Below are positions 21,402 to 34,773 of a DNA stretch of 64,000 nucleotides, piece after piece. Numbering within the stretch: the stretch's first letter is position 1; each line of letters opens with the position of its first letter. The notes beneath the pieces are model-generated. The model did no database searches. It was not told the origin of the DNA and was given only the letters and a program-made list of their open reading frames with translations. Origin of the DNA: Salpingoeca rosetta (lineage: Eukaryota > Protista > Choanoflagellata); contig JAWQFM010000003.1 in assembly GCA_033442325.1 (NCBI GenBank), forward strand, positions 1,552,967 to 1,616,966, written 5' to 3'. The position numbers were made by a program, and so were the translations under genes.

Positions 21402-21679
21402 GCACGCACACACACACACACACACACATATTCTCTGTATCAACACTCGAAGAGCGACAACAGCTACCCCGTCACAGAGGTCGGGGGTGCGCCACCACCA
21501 CAGACCTGCCGCCTTGTTTTGGGTCTCGAGCTCCTCGCGCGTCTCCATATATTTCTATATCGGAGAGCACACACGTGACGCGCACACGCGTGTGTGCATA
21601 TGAGATTCACCACTCTGGAGGGTGTGGGTGTGGGAAGAGAAGAGAACAAGATGTGAAAAATCCGTGTGCGCACAAGTGT

Positions 21680-21772
<93 letters not shown>

Positions 21773-21778
21773 GTGCGC

Positions 21779-23485
21779 CTACTCGTTGGCCATTGCGGCC
21801 TCGACGGCCTCCGATGCGGCCGTCTCAATGATGTTGGCAATGACATCCTCCAGCACCCCGCTGACGGAAAAGTACTCCTGCAGTGGCTCCGGGATAAGCG
21901 AGTCGAGTGGCTCAACAGCGCCGCCGCACGCAGCGCCGAGAGGCTCGCCAACAAGCGCGCTGACCAGGCCGCCCACAAACTCGCCCACGGCCTCTGCCAC
22001 GTCGATGCGCGCGTCGTGGTGGTACTTCTCCTTGATCTGCGTCAGCACCACCTCCTGCTTCTCCTGCACCTGCGAGTGCTCGCCGTTGGTGGCGTCCTCG
22101 AGCGACACCTCAAACGTGTACGCGGCGCGCTCGGTGTTCTCAAAGGTGGCCTCCCGCAGCGCCATGACAAAGTCGCCGAGCTGCAGGTTGTCCACAACCT
22201 CCTTGACGTTGTCGACGACGCCAGAGACGCCCTCTGGGATGAGGCCAAACACCTCCTCCGCCGTCAGCAGGGCCTCCAGCGACGAAAACGCCTCAATGGG
22301 CTGCACCATCTTGTCGTGGGAGCGCTTGATGTGGCGCATGGAGGGGTTTCCCCCCGTGGCGCGCTCCTCGCAGTAGGCGGCCGTCTCGGCCTCCAGCACG
22401 GGCTCGATCGAGGCAACGGGCTCCTTGGTGCGCGGGATGAGGAAGGCGGCCACCTTGGTGCACACGGGCACGATCACCTTCTCGCGCATCGGCGCCACGA
22501 CAGGCTCAATGGCGTCGTTGATCTTGTCCGTGAGCGTGCCGCGGGTGGACTCGGCCTGCTCGGCGACCTTGGAGAAGCCCGTCTCCACCAGCTGCTTGGC
22601 CTTGTCCAGGGCGGCCATGGTGGCCACCCAGCTGGCCTTGACCGTCGTCTCCACCAGCTTGTACACCGTCTCAAAGCCCTTGGCGAGCGCCTTGACCTTG
22701 ATGTTGGCCGGGCCGGGCACATTGGCAAAGGCGTCGTCGCCGACGCGTTTGCGCCATGTGTAGTTGGCGAGGATCTCGGTGAGGATGTCGACCTCGGAAC
22801 CGTACGGCAGGGCCTCCCACAGGCGGTTCCTGAGGTTTTCCACGGCCTTGTCAAAGGCCTCCTTCTGCAGCTCGTCCTTGAGGGTGCCGGCCTCGACGTT
22901 GCGCACACACGTGTGCAGGATGTCGGCCCACTCATCAAACTGGGCCTGGTCCTTGCACTTGATGAGCCAGCGGCGCTTGACGCGGTGGTAGCACTCGAGC
23001 GTGTAGGGCTCGTACTTGCTGTACTCGCCCGCGTTGCCGCCAAACAGCTTGGCCAGCTCCTGCTTCTCCTCCTGCTTGCGCTGGTTGGGGTTTGTGACGA
23101 CGGTGTAGCCGCTGAGGTTGATGGAGCCCTTGGGGGAGCCGCCGCTCTTGTACTTGTCCTCCGTCTCGTAGTAGTCGATGACGTGGTCGGGGCGCACCAC
23201 GAAGAAGCGCTCCTTCCAGTTCTTGCGCACCTGGCCGCGCTTCACCAGCTGGGCAGTGAACAGGGGCTCGTTGCTCTCCTCGGCCTCTGGGCGCACAAGG
23301 AGCTGGCGCTCGTTCTCGCCCTCGCCCTCATCGTCGCCGCCGCCGCTGCCGCCGCTGTTCTGCAGCGCATCCTCGATCAGCGCAGACTTGTACAGTGACA
23401 CAAACTCCTTTGTGAACGAGGCCAGGTTGGACGTCACATCCTTGCGGATCTGGTCCAACTTCTCTGCATTCAGGATATCCGTCAT
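21779..23485 (-). CDS. Niban/FAM129-like PH-domain protein (568 aa, single coding exon)
   Basis: Uninterrupted ORF. N-terminal helix (FTKEFVSLYKSAL), QLLVR, PH domain (LVKRGQVRKNWKERFFVVRPDHVIDYYE...PKGSINLSGYTVVT), then a long helical region, matching the recalled Niban layout. Confidence 0.75.
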   Translation of the reverse strand: MTDILNAEKLDQIRKDVTSNLASFTKEFVSLYKSALIEDALQNSGGSGGGDDEGEGENERQLLVRPEAEESNEPLFTAQLVKRGQVRKNWKERFFVVRPDHVIDYYETEDKYKSGGSPKGSINLSGYTVVTNPNQRKQEEKQELAKLFGGNAGEYSKYEPYTLECYHRVKRRWLIKCKDQAQFDEWADILHTCVRNVEAGTLKDELQKEAFDKAVENLRNRLWEALPYGSEVDILTEILANYTWRKRVGDDAFANVPGPANIKVKALAKGFETVYKLVETTVKASWVATMAALDKAKQLVETGFSKVAEQAESTRGTLTDKINDAIEPVVAPMREKVIVPVCTKVAAFLIPRTKEPVASIEPVLEAETAAYCEERATGGNPSMRHIKRSHDKMVQPIEAFSSLEALLTAEEVFGLIPEGVSGVVDNVKEVVDNLQLGDFVMALREATFENTERAAYTFEVSLEDATNGEHSQVQEKQEVVLTQIKEKYHHDARIDVAEAVGEFVGGLVSALVGEPLGAACGGAVEPLDSLIPEPLQEYFSVSGVLEDVIANIIETAASEAVEAAMANE

Positions 23486-23501
23486 GGTGCCTGCTGCTGG
23501 C

Positions 23502-23533
<32 letters not shown>

Positions 23534-23824
23534 GCGGGTTGAGGAAGGAGAAGAGGGTGGTGGTGGTGGTGGATGGAATCGAGAGATGGAATCGAGAGAC
23601 AAAGGAAGAGAAATGATGCGCTACAGGTTGGCTGGGCTGGCTGGGCTGGCTGGGCTGGCATGTGCACAACAACAGTAACAAAAGAGAGCGATGACGAAAA
23701 AAGGAAAACACGCTGAGTTGGCGTGCGAGTGCGCGATTGCAGCAACGCCCGAAAATCAGAACAAAATTTACACAATTTATCCACAGACAGGCTGTGGGCA
23801 TTTTGTGGTGTTGTGATGTGGTGA

Positions 23825-23838
23825 GACTGAATTCAGTC
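23825..23838. promoter_or_regulatory. Perfect 14-bp palindrome GACTGAATTCAGTC
   Basis: Ends 14 nt before the B3GALT6 ATG (23853), in the divergent Niban-like/B3GALT6 intergenic region. Confidence 0.55.
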
Positions 23839-23852
23839 CGGTGTCAACCACG

Positions 23853-25071
23853 ATGCGTTTGAGCGGGAGCTTGGTGGCGGCGTGTGCGCTGACCGCGGTG
23901 GTGGTGGTGCTGTTCATGCTGCGCCTGCAGAGGCACGGCGGCGGCTGCTATGACGATGACGTCGGGGCTAGTGGTGGTGGTGCAAGGGTGGACAGTCGCA
24001 AGTATCGTCGCATCAACGCAGACGCTGTACGTCGCCACTTGAGAGATGGGAGATGGGGAAGATGGATCAGGTTCAGTGCGTGTGTCTGTGTGTCTGTGTG
24101 TGTCTGTGTGTGTCTGTGTGTCTGTGTGTCTGTGTGTCTGTGTGTGTCTGTGTGTCTGTGTGTCTGTGTGTGTCTGTGTACATGTGCGTGTGTGTGTGTG
24201 TGTGTGTGTGTGCATGTGTACATGTGTCTGCGTGTGTGTCTGCGTGTGTACATGTGTCTGCGTGTGTATGTGCTTGTGTGGGTGTGCATATCTTTTTCAT
24301 GATACATGTTGCATATTGGAGCATCACAGATTTTGACACGGTATGCGTGCCTTGTTTTGTTTTTGTTTTGTTTTTTGTTTGTTCTTGCGTCGACCTTTCC
24401 TCAACAACAGGGACCCGTGCTGTTTGTCGCAGTGTTCTCTGCAAAGGAAAACAAGCTGCAACGCGACACCATTCGACAAACCTGGATGGCCAACCTTCCA
24501 GCGTGAGTTGTGCGTGTATGAAGTATGAGGGGATTTGCCTGGTCCTTGTTGCGCCGGAATGCTGCTTGCCCGTGTATGAGCAGTGCAGGCGCCGCCTGCT
24601 CTGCGTGACCATGCACATATGCGCTGTGGCTTTCGTTGCTTGCTGACTCACGCTCGTTTCCCAACGCTTGCTCGACGGCATAACAACGCGCACGCGGAAA
24701 CACAACGCCAAGTGGGACCATGGTGCGGTTCTTCATCGGAAGCGGGCAAGTCACAGACGAAGACCTGAGGGCTCTGAGAGCCGAGAGCAACAAGAACAAG
24801 GACATTGCATTCCTGCCACAAGTGGTCGAGTCCTACACTTCGCTCAGCGACAAGCTCATCGAGACACTCAAGTGGATCGACGACCTGTACCCAGACATTG
24901 AGTTTGTGACCAAGGTAGCGACTTGGACATGCCTTTCCGTGTGCATGCCCAGTACTTTCCTTCGTTGTCGCCTGCTTCCCACATGTCTCTGTGTCTGTCT
25001 GTCTGTGTCTGTCTGTCTGTGTTTGTCTGTGTGTGTGTGTCTGTCTGTCTGTCTGTGTTTGTCTGTGTGTG

Positions 25072-25113
<42 letters not shown>

Positions 25114-26011
25114 CCTGTGTGTGCAGACGGACGATGACTCCTTCGTGCGCGTGGATCGTATCCTCGAGGAGCTGCGCACCCTCGACTACTCTGACACGTA
25201 CGCGTTGCTCATTTGTGCTGTGTGGGTGGGCGGGTGCTCGCGTGCATCTGTCTCTATCCCTTGCACACGGTACACTGCACAACCACACACCTACACACTC
25301 AAACATGCTCACACTGCTGTGGCGAACGCTGCACTGTGATGGTGTTATGCCAACAGGAAAGGGTTGTACTGGGGGTACTTTGATGGCCGAGCACCTGTGC
25401 AGCGACACGGAAAGTGGGAAGAGCACGTACGTACGATCATCATGGCCATCACTTTCCAGCGACTGCTTATATCACGCGCGCCACTCGCTCCCACATGCAC
25501 ACACGCGCGCCACACACACATACACTTCACGTGCCACGCACATGCCACTGTCACCACCACGGCCGTTGTTGCAGGACTGGTTCCTGTGCGATCGCTACTT
25601 GCCGTATGCGCTTGGCGGCGGCTATGTCATCTCCTCCACCGTCGTCGACTTTATCGTCAACAACCATCACCTCCTCACCAAATACAAGAGCGAGGTGTGT
25701 GTGTGCGTCTGTGTGCGCGTCTGTATGTGCGTGTGTATGTGTGTGTGCCTCTGTGTGTGTGTCTGTGTGTGTCTGTGTGTCTGTGTGTCTGTGTGTCTGC
25801 GTGTCTGTGTGTCTGTGTGTCTGTGTGCCTGTGTCCATCTGTCTGCCTACAAATCCATCTGTCATTGCCTTTTGGTTGCTATCTATCTGCATGTCACCAC
25901 ACTCACCATCCCATCCCACACCAGGACGTGTCCATGGGCGTGTGGACGTCGTCCCTCAACATTGTCAGGCAGCATGACCAGCGCTTTGACACAGAGTGGA
26001 AGGTGGGTTGA
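23853..26011 (+). CDS. B3GALT6: Beta-1,3-galactosyltransferase 6-like (GT31); C-terminal exon not found
   Basis: Type II TM anchor; LFVAVFSA...RDTIRQTW; FVTKTDDDSFVRV (DxD); LYWGYFDGRAPV; DWFLCDRYLPYALGGGYVIS; SEDVSMGVW; HDQRFDTEWK. Confidence 0.85.
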
Positions 26012-26032
26012 CAAAGGTGTTGCACCGCCTTT

Positions 26033-26150
<118 letters not shown>

Positions 26151-26292
26151 GATGGGACACAACCTTGAGCATGGGAACGCTGAAGTGAAATGATGATGTG
26201 TGGGTGGGTGCACAAAAGCAGGAGGTTGCCATCTTGAAACACGAAGACAGAGCTCATGGGTTGGTGTGGACCCGCGACGTGCACAGATGAGG

Positions 26293-26915
26293 TTACTCCA
26301 CAACAATGGGACCAAGGTTGTCGCCAGTGCGCTTGTTGTGCTCGTGGTGGGAGCCATCGCACAGAGGGAACTGCAACCACGCATGCCAAACAAAGGCAGC
26401 AGAGTGAGTTCGAGCACCAGCCACACACAAAACGATGGTCGAAAGACAAGGAGAAGGGGATGACACACTGCACACGCACGCACAACCACGCACGCACACA
26501 CACAACCACAACCACAACCACACGCACACACGCACACATACGAACACAACCACAACAACACGCACACATACGAACATAACCACAACCACACACGCATTTA
26601 CACGAATACAAACACTTGTGCTCGGTACCCCACCTTCTTGCTTTGCCAGCAGCGGCAGAAAGCAGTCTTCTTCTGCAGTTTGCGCACTTCTTTTGCTTCA
26701 TGGCCTGCTGTATTGAGTGCAGAGCTGGATGGTGCGCCAACAAAGAACTGGATACTGATCAAGAGAATCATGCTAAAGATGAGGGAGAACAAAGGAGCAA
26801 TCTGCAGCCACTCCTCCTGCGTCAACTCCAAGTAGCCATCCAGCGTCGCAGGGATGGGCAGCGACGCAAGGTACTGCGGCAGTTGCTGCTTGATGTACAC
26901 TTGGAACACTTCCAT
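26293..26915 (-). CDS. CISD2: CDGSH iron-sulfur domain protein (mitoNEET/CISD2-like), 119 aa
   Basis: Exons 26915-26634 and 26370-26293: [16 protein letters not shown]...TM...[10 protein letters not shown]|[25 protein letters not shown]. Confidence 0.92.
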
Positions 26916-27188
26916 CGTCAAAGGTTGGTCCGGCAGTTGGTTCAGTTGGTGGATTGAGCGGCGCGGACAGAGGTGCAAGAAGAAGAAGGACACACACGAC
27001 GATGAAGAGAAGAAAAGAGCCAAACACGTCACACACGCACAATACGGAAAAGTAGTCGATGATATTCACTAATTGTCGTCGGTCACTTTCCTGCAAGTGG
27101 TTTGTGGGGGTGTGGGTGTGAGCGAGCGAGCGTTGTGTCAAACCCATGTGCGCCATTGGCTGGCAGTCGCTGGTCCAATGACCAACCC

Positions 27189-27240
27189 ACAGTCACCCAC
27201 ACAGCCATTCCAACAGTCACCCACACAGCCATTCCAACAG
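27189..27240. repeat. 24-bp tandem repeat (ACAGTCACCCACACAGCCATTCCA x2.2)
   Basis: Two exact copies between the stop of the SH3/PDZ gene and the start of CISD. Confidence 0.9.
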
Positions 27241-27253
27241 GCAATCACAAAAC

Positions 27254-28295
27254 TCACTGGACAAAGGCGGCTGCTCGCCTGCGCACTTCCTCCTGGCGCG
27301 CCTTGCGCCGCGCTTCCCGCTCCTCTTTGCTCAGCCGCGAACGAGGGGACGCCACGGCGCTGTCACCGGCACCAGGCGTCGCTGGCACAGAGGACATGGG
27401 CGAAGAAGGTGGTGGCGACGAAGACGTAACACCAGCAGATAACGAGGCCTTGTCGCCACCTTCAACATGCTGGGGTACATCTGGTGCACTCGCCGACGTC
27501 ACAGTGCCGCCGTTCACATGGGCAGAGCTGTCATCATGCTGCTGCTCCTCATGTTCCTTTGCCTCCTGCTGCGTCTCCTTTTGCTTCTTCTCCTCTTGCT
27601 GCGGCTTCAGATCCTCCTTCTTCTCCTCCTCTTCCTCTTCTTCTGGCTGAGCCTGTGAGGCATCATCCTGGGGAAGCGGGGGCGGTGCTTGCGCTGGCAA
27701 AGGCGGCACAGGTACTGCAGAGTGGTCTTCCTCGTCTGCTTGCTCCTCCGCTGTCTCCTCCGCTGTCTCCTCCGCCTGTTGCTCAGCTGGGTCTTCAGCA
27801 GCGTCATCAGGCAACACGGGCGGTTCATCTGCGGGGAGCGGCGGCGGTGCGTGATCTGGAAGCGGTGGTGTTGGCTCCTCAGCAGGCGTCTCATCAGTTG
27901 CCTCCTCTAGCTGCTGCTCCTCTTCCTCCCGTGGCTGATGCTGCTGCTGCTGCTGCTCATCTTGTTCCTCCTCCTCCTCTCCCTCCTTGTGCTCCTGCTC
28001 ATTGTCGTTGCTCTCCGGCAGTGCAGGTGGCGCCTCAGCTGGCAGCTCTGGCACCTCACTCTCTTCGCGATCGTCCTCAGCTTCGCTACCCTTCTCATCT
28101 TCATCGGCAGCTTGAGGCAGTGGTGGCGGCGCCTCTGCAGGCAGAGGTGGTGCTGGCAACTCTTGCGCATCAGCCCCCTGGGTCGCTTGCTGTGTGCCAT
28201 CAGCTTCGCCGTCGCTCTGCTCGTGGTCTCGTGCTTCGATGCCCACCTTGTCCTCACCCTGCGCCGCTGTTGCCTGTGCCTCCTTTTCTTCTTCC

Positions 28296-28327
<32 letters not shown>

Positions 28328-31300
28328 CTTCTCCTCCTCCTTCTCCACGCTCGGTGGCAGTGGTGGCGGTGCTTCGGCCGGTACAGGTGGCACAGGTGAC
28401 GTCACGTCACTTGCAGGTGGTGCTTCCGCCGCTTGCGCTGCCACGTCATCAGCAGCAGACTGTGACTGCTGGGCAACTGTCTCCTCCTCTTCTTGCTGCT
28501 GGTGACCAACTGCCGCCTGCTCTTCCTCCTTCTCTTCCTCATTCTCTTCCTCATTCTCTTCCTCATTCTCTTCCTCATTCTCTTCCTCTTCCTCTTCTTC
28601 TGGCTGAGCCTGTGGGGCATCATCCTGGGGAAGCGGGGGCGGTGCTTGCGCTGGCAAAGGCGGCACAGGTACTGCAGAGTGGTCTTCCTCGTCTGTTCTC
28701 TCCTCCACTGTCTCCTCCGCCTGTTGCTCAGCTGGGTCTTCAGCAGCGTCATCAGGCAACACGGGCGGTTCATCTGCGGGGAGCGGCGGCGGTGCGTGAT
28801 CTGGAAGCGGTGGTGTTGGCTCCTCAGCAGGCGTCTCATCAGTTGCCTCCTCTAGCTGCTGCTCCTCTTCCTCCCGTGGCTGATGCTGCTGCTGCTGCTG
28901 CTGCTCATCTTGTTCCTCCTCCTCCTCTCCCTCCTTGTGCTCCTGCTCATTGTCGTTGCTCTCCGGCAGTGCAGGCGGCGCCTCAGCTGGCAGCTCTGGC
29001 ACGTCAGTCTCTTGTGCTTCTTCCGCGTCGGCTGGCTGCGAGTCACTTGTTTGCTCCTCCGCCACTTTCTCCTCTTCCTCCTCCTGTGGCAGCGGTGGTG
29101 GCGCCTCGGCAGGGACAGGCGGCGATGCAACAAGCTCCTCTTGCTGCCCTTGCTGCTCTTGCTTCTCCTCTTGCTCTTGCTGCTGCTCTTGCTCTTGCTG
29201 CTGCTGCTGCTGCTGCGCCTTTTCTTCCTGTGCCTCTTCCTCCTCTTCCTTCTCTTCCTCCTCTTCCTCCTCCTGTGGCAGTGGTGGCGGTGCCTCGGCA
29301 GGGATGGCCGGCGGTGCGGGGAGTTCCAAATCGCGCTCCTCTTCCTCATTTTGAACCTCCACAGTCTCTTCCTCGCGCATATGCGGCTGATCAGCAGTCT
29401 GCTCAGCACTGCCCACGGGCTCGTCTTCCTTGTCCTGCTCACTCTCGTCGTTGACTGGAGGCAGAGGTGGCGGCGCGTCCGATGGCAGCGTCAAGTCCAG
29501 CTGCCCTGTGCTGTCATCAGGTTGGCCCTGCTCAACATCTTGGCTGTCGCTCTCTGGCAGTGGCGGCGGTGCATCCGTGGGCAGGGACACGTCCCCGGCC
29601 TTGAGCGCCTCACTCACACCCCCACCCTCACCCTCACCGCTTGCCTCTGACGCGGCAACAGCAATTGCCGTCCGCGCAGCAGCGTCCTCCTCTCTCTTGC
29701 TTTCTGCTTCTCCCGTGCTCACGTCCTCTTCACTCTTGGGCGCGTCCTCTTTCGCTGCTGCTTCGTTCCCGTCTCCTTCGTCGGCATTGCCATCCTCAGC
29801 AAAGCCATACGCGGAAGCATCTTGCTCTGCCTCTTCCTCGTCTTCCTTTTCCTTGCTTTCCCCTTCTTCAACCGCTGCTGGCGATGATGATGTTGGTGGT
29901 GCTAAGGCTGCTTCTTGCGGGCCATCAGTCTTCTGATCCTTTGCTTTTGCTTCTGATGCCTGCTCTGGCTCTTCGCTGATTGCCTCTGCGTTATTGTCGT
30001 CGTCCTGGGAAAACACGTCCGTTGAACCCGAGAGCACAGCGCCACTGAGGGAGGCGGCATCCACGCCGCTGCGGCCACGTTTCGTGCGCAGCTGCACCTC
30101 CTGATCAGAGATGGGGGACAGGGGGGAAGCGATGTAAGGGAGTGGGTGCAAAAGAAAGAATGAGAGAAAGACAAAGGGGGAGAAGGGCGGAGATACACAC
30201 GAACACACACGCACACGCGTGTACACAGGTACGCACATAGATACACACATGCACATGCACGCACATAGATACACACGTACACACAGGTACGCACATACAT
30301 ACACACATGCACACATGCACATATGCACCTGAGCAGGGCTAGTTGCATTGCTTGCGGCTGTGGCTGCGGTGGCTGTTGAGCCGAGAGAGGAGCCCGACAT
30401 ACTGCGGGCCTTCTCCCGACGAACGGCCTCACGCTGCGCTTCAAGCAGTGATTCGCGCGACACCAGCGAGTCCTGACTCCGGCAGAGACGTGGTCGCCAT
30501 GGAGGAGGGAAAAGGTGGTGGCGTGTGAGCATGTGCACAACCACCCATGCAGACAGGCAAATGCAGACAGGCAACCCCCGCACATCCCAAGCAAGCAACA
30601 CAGTTGTAAGACAACACCGCACAACCCAAGCCACCATACAACCCATAACCACGCACCACACTACCCAAGCCACCACTGGCGCTCTCTGTTCACCTCGTGC
30701 TGGCTCCATCTTCGCTCAAACTCGGCCTCGTCGCGCCTGAGCTGCTCCTCCTTGCCCTTCCTTGCGCGCGGGCGGGAGGCCGACGGCGCATACGACCACG
30801 TCTCATGCCGCGTGCGCGACCGCACACGCCGCTGTACCGTAAACTCAAGCTCCTCTTGCTGGGCAAGGTCCTGTTGCGTTGGCGAGTGGTCATTTGTGAT
30901 GTGAGCGACAAGTGTGGCGCGGCGCAGGCGAAAGCGGAGAAATGACTCACACCAAATATCAACACAGTGTGCAGTGAAGGGGAGGGGTGGCAGAAACGGC
31001 AGCGGGCGAGCGCACCCACACATTCACCAAGTTCAAGCATGAACGCCAACACATGCACACAAGCACAAGCACACAAGCATGAACACACGCACGCACGCAC
31101 GCACGCAAGCAAGCATGTGCACGCACAGAGCACAGCAGGCGCCCGCTGGTGTACCTTGAGTGCTGCCACGGCGTCGGCGTGTGTTGAATTGGCAAAGGAG
31201 ACGCCGTTTATGGACTGGATTACGTCTTTCACGAGCAGCCCTGCACGCTGCGCTGCGCTGTTGGGCGCAAGCTGCGGGATGATGGCACGAGAGCAAGGGC

Positions 31301-34300
31301 GAGTGAATGAGAACAAGGGACGTCAGCGACCTCAACGGCAAATGCACGGTCAACAAGGAAACCCAACATCCCCACAGACACACAAAGACGTCCCCACAAT
31401 CGCAGGCGCAAGCGCGCACAACACAACACAACACAACACAACACAACAAAACTCACTCGGCGGATGGTGATTGGCTTTGAGTTTCCGCTGGGGTCCATGC
31501 CACCAGCAACACCAAACCCAAGTGGAGCACCCCTGTCTTTGGTGAGCAGAACTTGCATCTCCTGTACGGGCTTCTGCCGTGGTTGCACAGGCTGCATGCT
31601 GAAGTCTACCGTCTTGGGGCGGCCACCCTCAGACACGGCACGCGCTGAGCGCAGGTTTCGCATGCGCACCTCGACCTTTGGCGACGGCGACGTGGCGGGT
31701 GCACCATTGACGGCCGACTCTTTCTCAGCGCCGACACCATCACTCTCCTTGCCCTGTTGTTGCTCCTGCTCCTGCTGTTGCTCTTCAGCTGGCGGCACGT
31801 TGAGTTTGAGCTCGCTAGCGCGGCGCGACTGCTGCTGGTTCTCGAGATACTCGCGCATGGCGTCATCGTGGCGGACAACAAACGTGACTTCGTCGTCCAG
31901 CGTGTCAAGCAGCTTCAGCGCTTCCTGCTTGCTGCGCCCGTCCAACGACGCTGAAATGCAGGTAGTGTGGGGACGGCACAGGGCAAGTGGGCAGGCATGC
32001 AAGCGGGCACATAAGCAAGCAGTTGGATGGAAAAAACGAACGTGTCACGAGAACATCTGGACATTGGGAGGAGGCGTTTGGCAAACCGGGGTGCTGACAC
32101 ACCGCAGTGAACAATCAATCACTCGACCATGCCCACCCCTCAACCATCAATAACAAACACCACCACCACCACCACCACGGCTGCACCTCCGTTGACGGAG
32201 AGGATGAGGTCGCCGCACTTGAGCTGTCCGTTTCGGCCAGCAATGGAGTTGCCGAGCACCTGCCCAATGAAGATGGAGAAGTGGCCCGTCACGGAGTCCT
32301 ACAAAATGTCGCAGGCAGCAGGCGGCAGGGGAGGTGGTGGTTGTGTTGGTGGTGGTCAAGGGAGCGTGTGTGTAAAGGGATCAAAGCGCGGAACGTTGGT
32401 ACACAGGTGAGGGCTTGTAAAAGCGAGATTGTGGAGAAAAGAGAGCAAACGTGGAGAGAACACACACACACACACACCACATCACACCACACACACACGC
32501 ACACACACACACACGCACACACACACGCACACACACGCACACACACACGCACACACACACGCACACACACGCACACACACGCACACACACGCACACACAC
32601 GCACACACACACGCACACACACGCACACACACGCACACACACACGCACACACACGCACACATACACACACCTTGCCGCCAGTGAGGCCGATGCCAAGACG
32701 CTGGCCTGGCTCCTTGCGAAGAACGACGGTGCGGGTGGCTGGGTCCTCAGCCTTGGTCACATACCCTGCCGGAAACCAGCCCGAGGCAAGCACAGTCTTG
32801 CCGTCATTGCCCAGGAGATCACCGAGCCACCACCCGCTCTGCTTGCGCGCGCGGACAAATACAAACCCGCGGCGCGGAAGCGAGAGCTGCTTCTCTCTGC
32901 GCGCCTCAAACGGATGCTTGATCACGTACAGGTCGTGCGAGTCAGACACAGACGCGCTGCGCTTGGGTTTGCCCGTGGGAGACGAGGGCGAGGACGCCAC
33001 GCTGCCACCTTCCTTCTCTGGCTGCTGCGCTGCGCCCTTCGTCTCGGCTTTGCCCTTTCGGTGTGGGGGCGACTGCGTGTTCTGTGCAGAGGCAAGCGTC
33101 TCCTTCAGCACCTCGTCTGCGGGCTTGAGGTAGCTGCCGGGCAGCCAGCCGCTCGTGCCGTCTTGCAGCGTGGCCTGCCACCACCCGCTCTTGAGCTTGC
33201 TGGTCACCACAACAACGTCGCCTTTGTTCACCGACAGCTGCATGGGCTGTGTTGCCCTGAACGTGTGCTTGGCAATGTATTCCTCCGGCTCGGCCACAAC
33301 CTCCCGCTCCACGGTGACGGGCGAGCTTGTGCCGCGCTTCACAACAACAGAGTCCGTCTTGCGGATTGCCGCCCTGGCGGTGGCCGGAGAGCCGATGGGC
33401 GTGAAGTTGGGCGTGGGCATATCGAGGAAGGACGCCTTTTCGCCACGCGAGCCAGGCGTCGGGGTGATGGACGGCGACATGCCAGACTGTGGCGTTGTTC
33501 GCTTGGGTGTTGACCCGGCACCAACGCTCGGCACGTACTGGCCGCTGCTTGCTGGGGACAGCGTCTGCGCTCGCCGTGACCTGTCGCCCACCGGGTTGAT
33601 GCGGGCGTCATCGCGTGCAACGGCAGCTGTAGCGGCAGAGGACACGGTGGCCCGCTGTGCTGGCACAACGGCGTGGTCCTCGGCCGGGTCCATGAACGCC
33701 TGTCGTGGCTGCTGTGTGGCAGGAGCAGAGTAGTCAGGGGGGGGGGGCAAAGAGAGAAGAGCAGAAAGCAAATGGAGGGAAAGAGAAGCAAGCATAAGCA
33801 ACACGTGGAACGGACCACAGCATCACAAGAATTTGGCAGCGTGAGTATGCGACAACGCATTGAGGAACACAGTCCAGGCTACGATTGAGGTCGTGGTTGC
33901 AGTGGACAAGTGTGACACTGGACAGCCAGTGAAACGGAGAGAAGGGAGCAGAGGGTACAGGAAACACAGCAAAGACATGCTGCCAGGTGTGTACACTTGT
34001 GGATAGCTGCACGCAAAATGTACAAACAACAGTAACAAGGTGCACTTGTGCTGATGTGATGACGCTGTGACATGAAGTGGCAGGACTGAAACGCACACCA
34101 GCGAACAGCAGCAGCACTACGACGGTGTACAGGGAAGCAAGAAGCAATCAGGAAGCAGGCATCGATACCGGGTGAGGGCGTGCGTGTGGTGTTCCAGATG
34201 TTGAAGAAGGAGGCGCCGTGATGTCCTTGATGCTTTGTCGGATTGCACGCCGCATGGTGTGTGAGCCATGGCGCTGGAATGCCTCCTTGATGAAGTAGCA

Positions 34301-34360
34301 GTCTTGGCACAGCGTTTTCGTGACGCCACGCGATTTCGCGCGGCACAGCGCGCACCTCAT
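27254..34360 (-). CDS. Scaffold protein: two SH3 domains, two PDZ domains and a long acidic proline-rich tail (start uncertain)
   Basis: SH3-1 [23 protein letters not shown]...GWWQA...GWLPGSYL; SH3-2 [17 protein letters not shown]...GWWLG...GWFPAGYV; PDZ1 [18 protein letters not shown]|...[14 protein letters not shown]; PDZ2 [16 protein letters not shown]...[18 protein letters not shown]...HADAVAALK; final exon is E/Q/P-rich. Confidence 0.85.
27628..29002. repeat. Intragenic direct repeat of ~420 bp (27628-28054 and 28585-29002)
   Basis: Both copies encode [25 protein letters not shown]...AQPEEEEEE and are nearly identical apart from a 12-nt and a 3-nt in-frame indel and a few substitutions. 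Confidence 0.92.
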
Positions 34361-34773
34361 CCTGCCGGTTGTCCAGAAAGGAAGGCAGGGGGGCAGGGAA
34401 AGCGGTGCTTGGCTTGGTTTGGCCAATGATAACCAACCACAGGCAACACTGGAATGGACGATAGAGGAAAGAGTGGGGGGTGCGACAACAAGGTGGTGTT
34501 GTTGGGATCTCTGCACAGCACAACAGCACAACAAGGGCAGAGGAGGTGTGGTTGTGGAGGATTGTATGAAAATATTAACCAATTATCTACACACACCACC
34601 AACGACGAAGACGACGGCAACGCGAACCACGGAAGCAGAAGCAAACAGAAGCAAAGCAGAAGACGCGGAGCAGAAGGAAAGGAAGACGAAGGAGGAAGGA
34701 AGCCAAGAGTGGTTCAATTCAACAACGCCAAGAGTTGTGATTCGATTCAACAACGCCAACGCAACGACCAACA

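Noticed and set aside
21575-23398. 607-aa plus-strand ORF
   Set aside because: Antisense to the Niban-like gene and explained by its codon bias.
34163-34168. GTATCG donor as a possible U12-type intron
   Set aside because: Does not match GTATCCTT, and no U12 branch-point consensus was seen.
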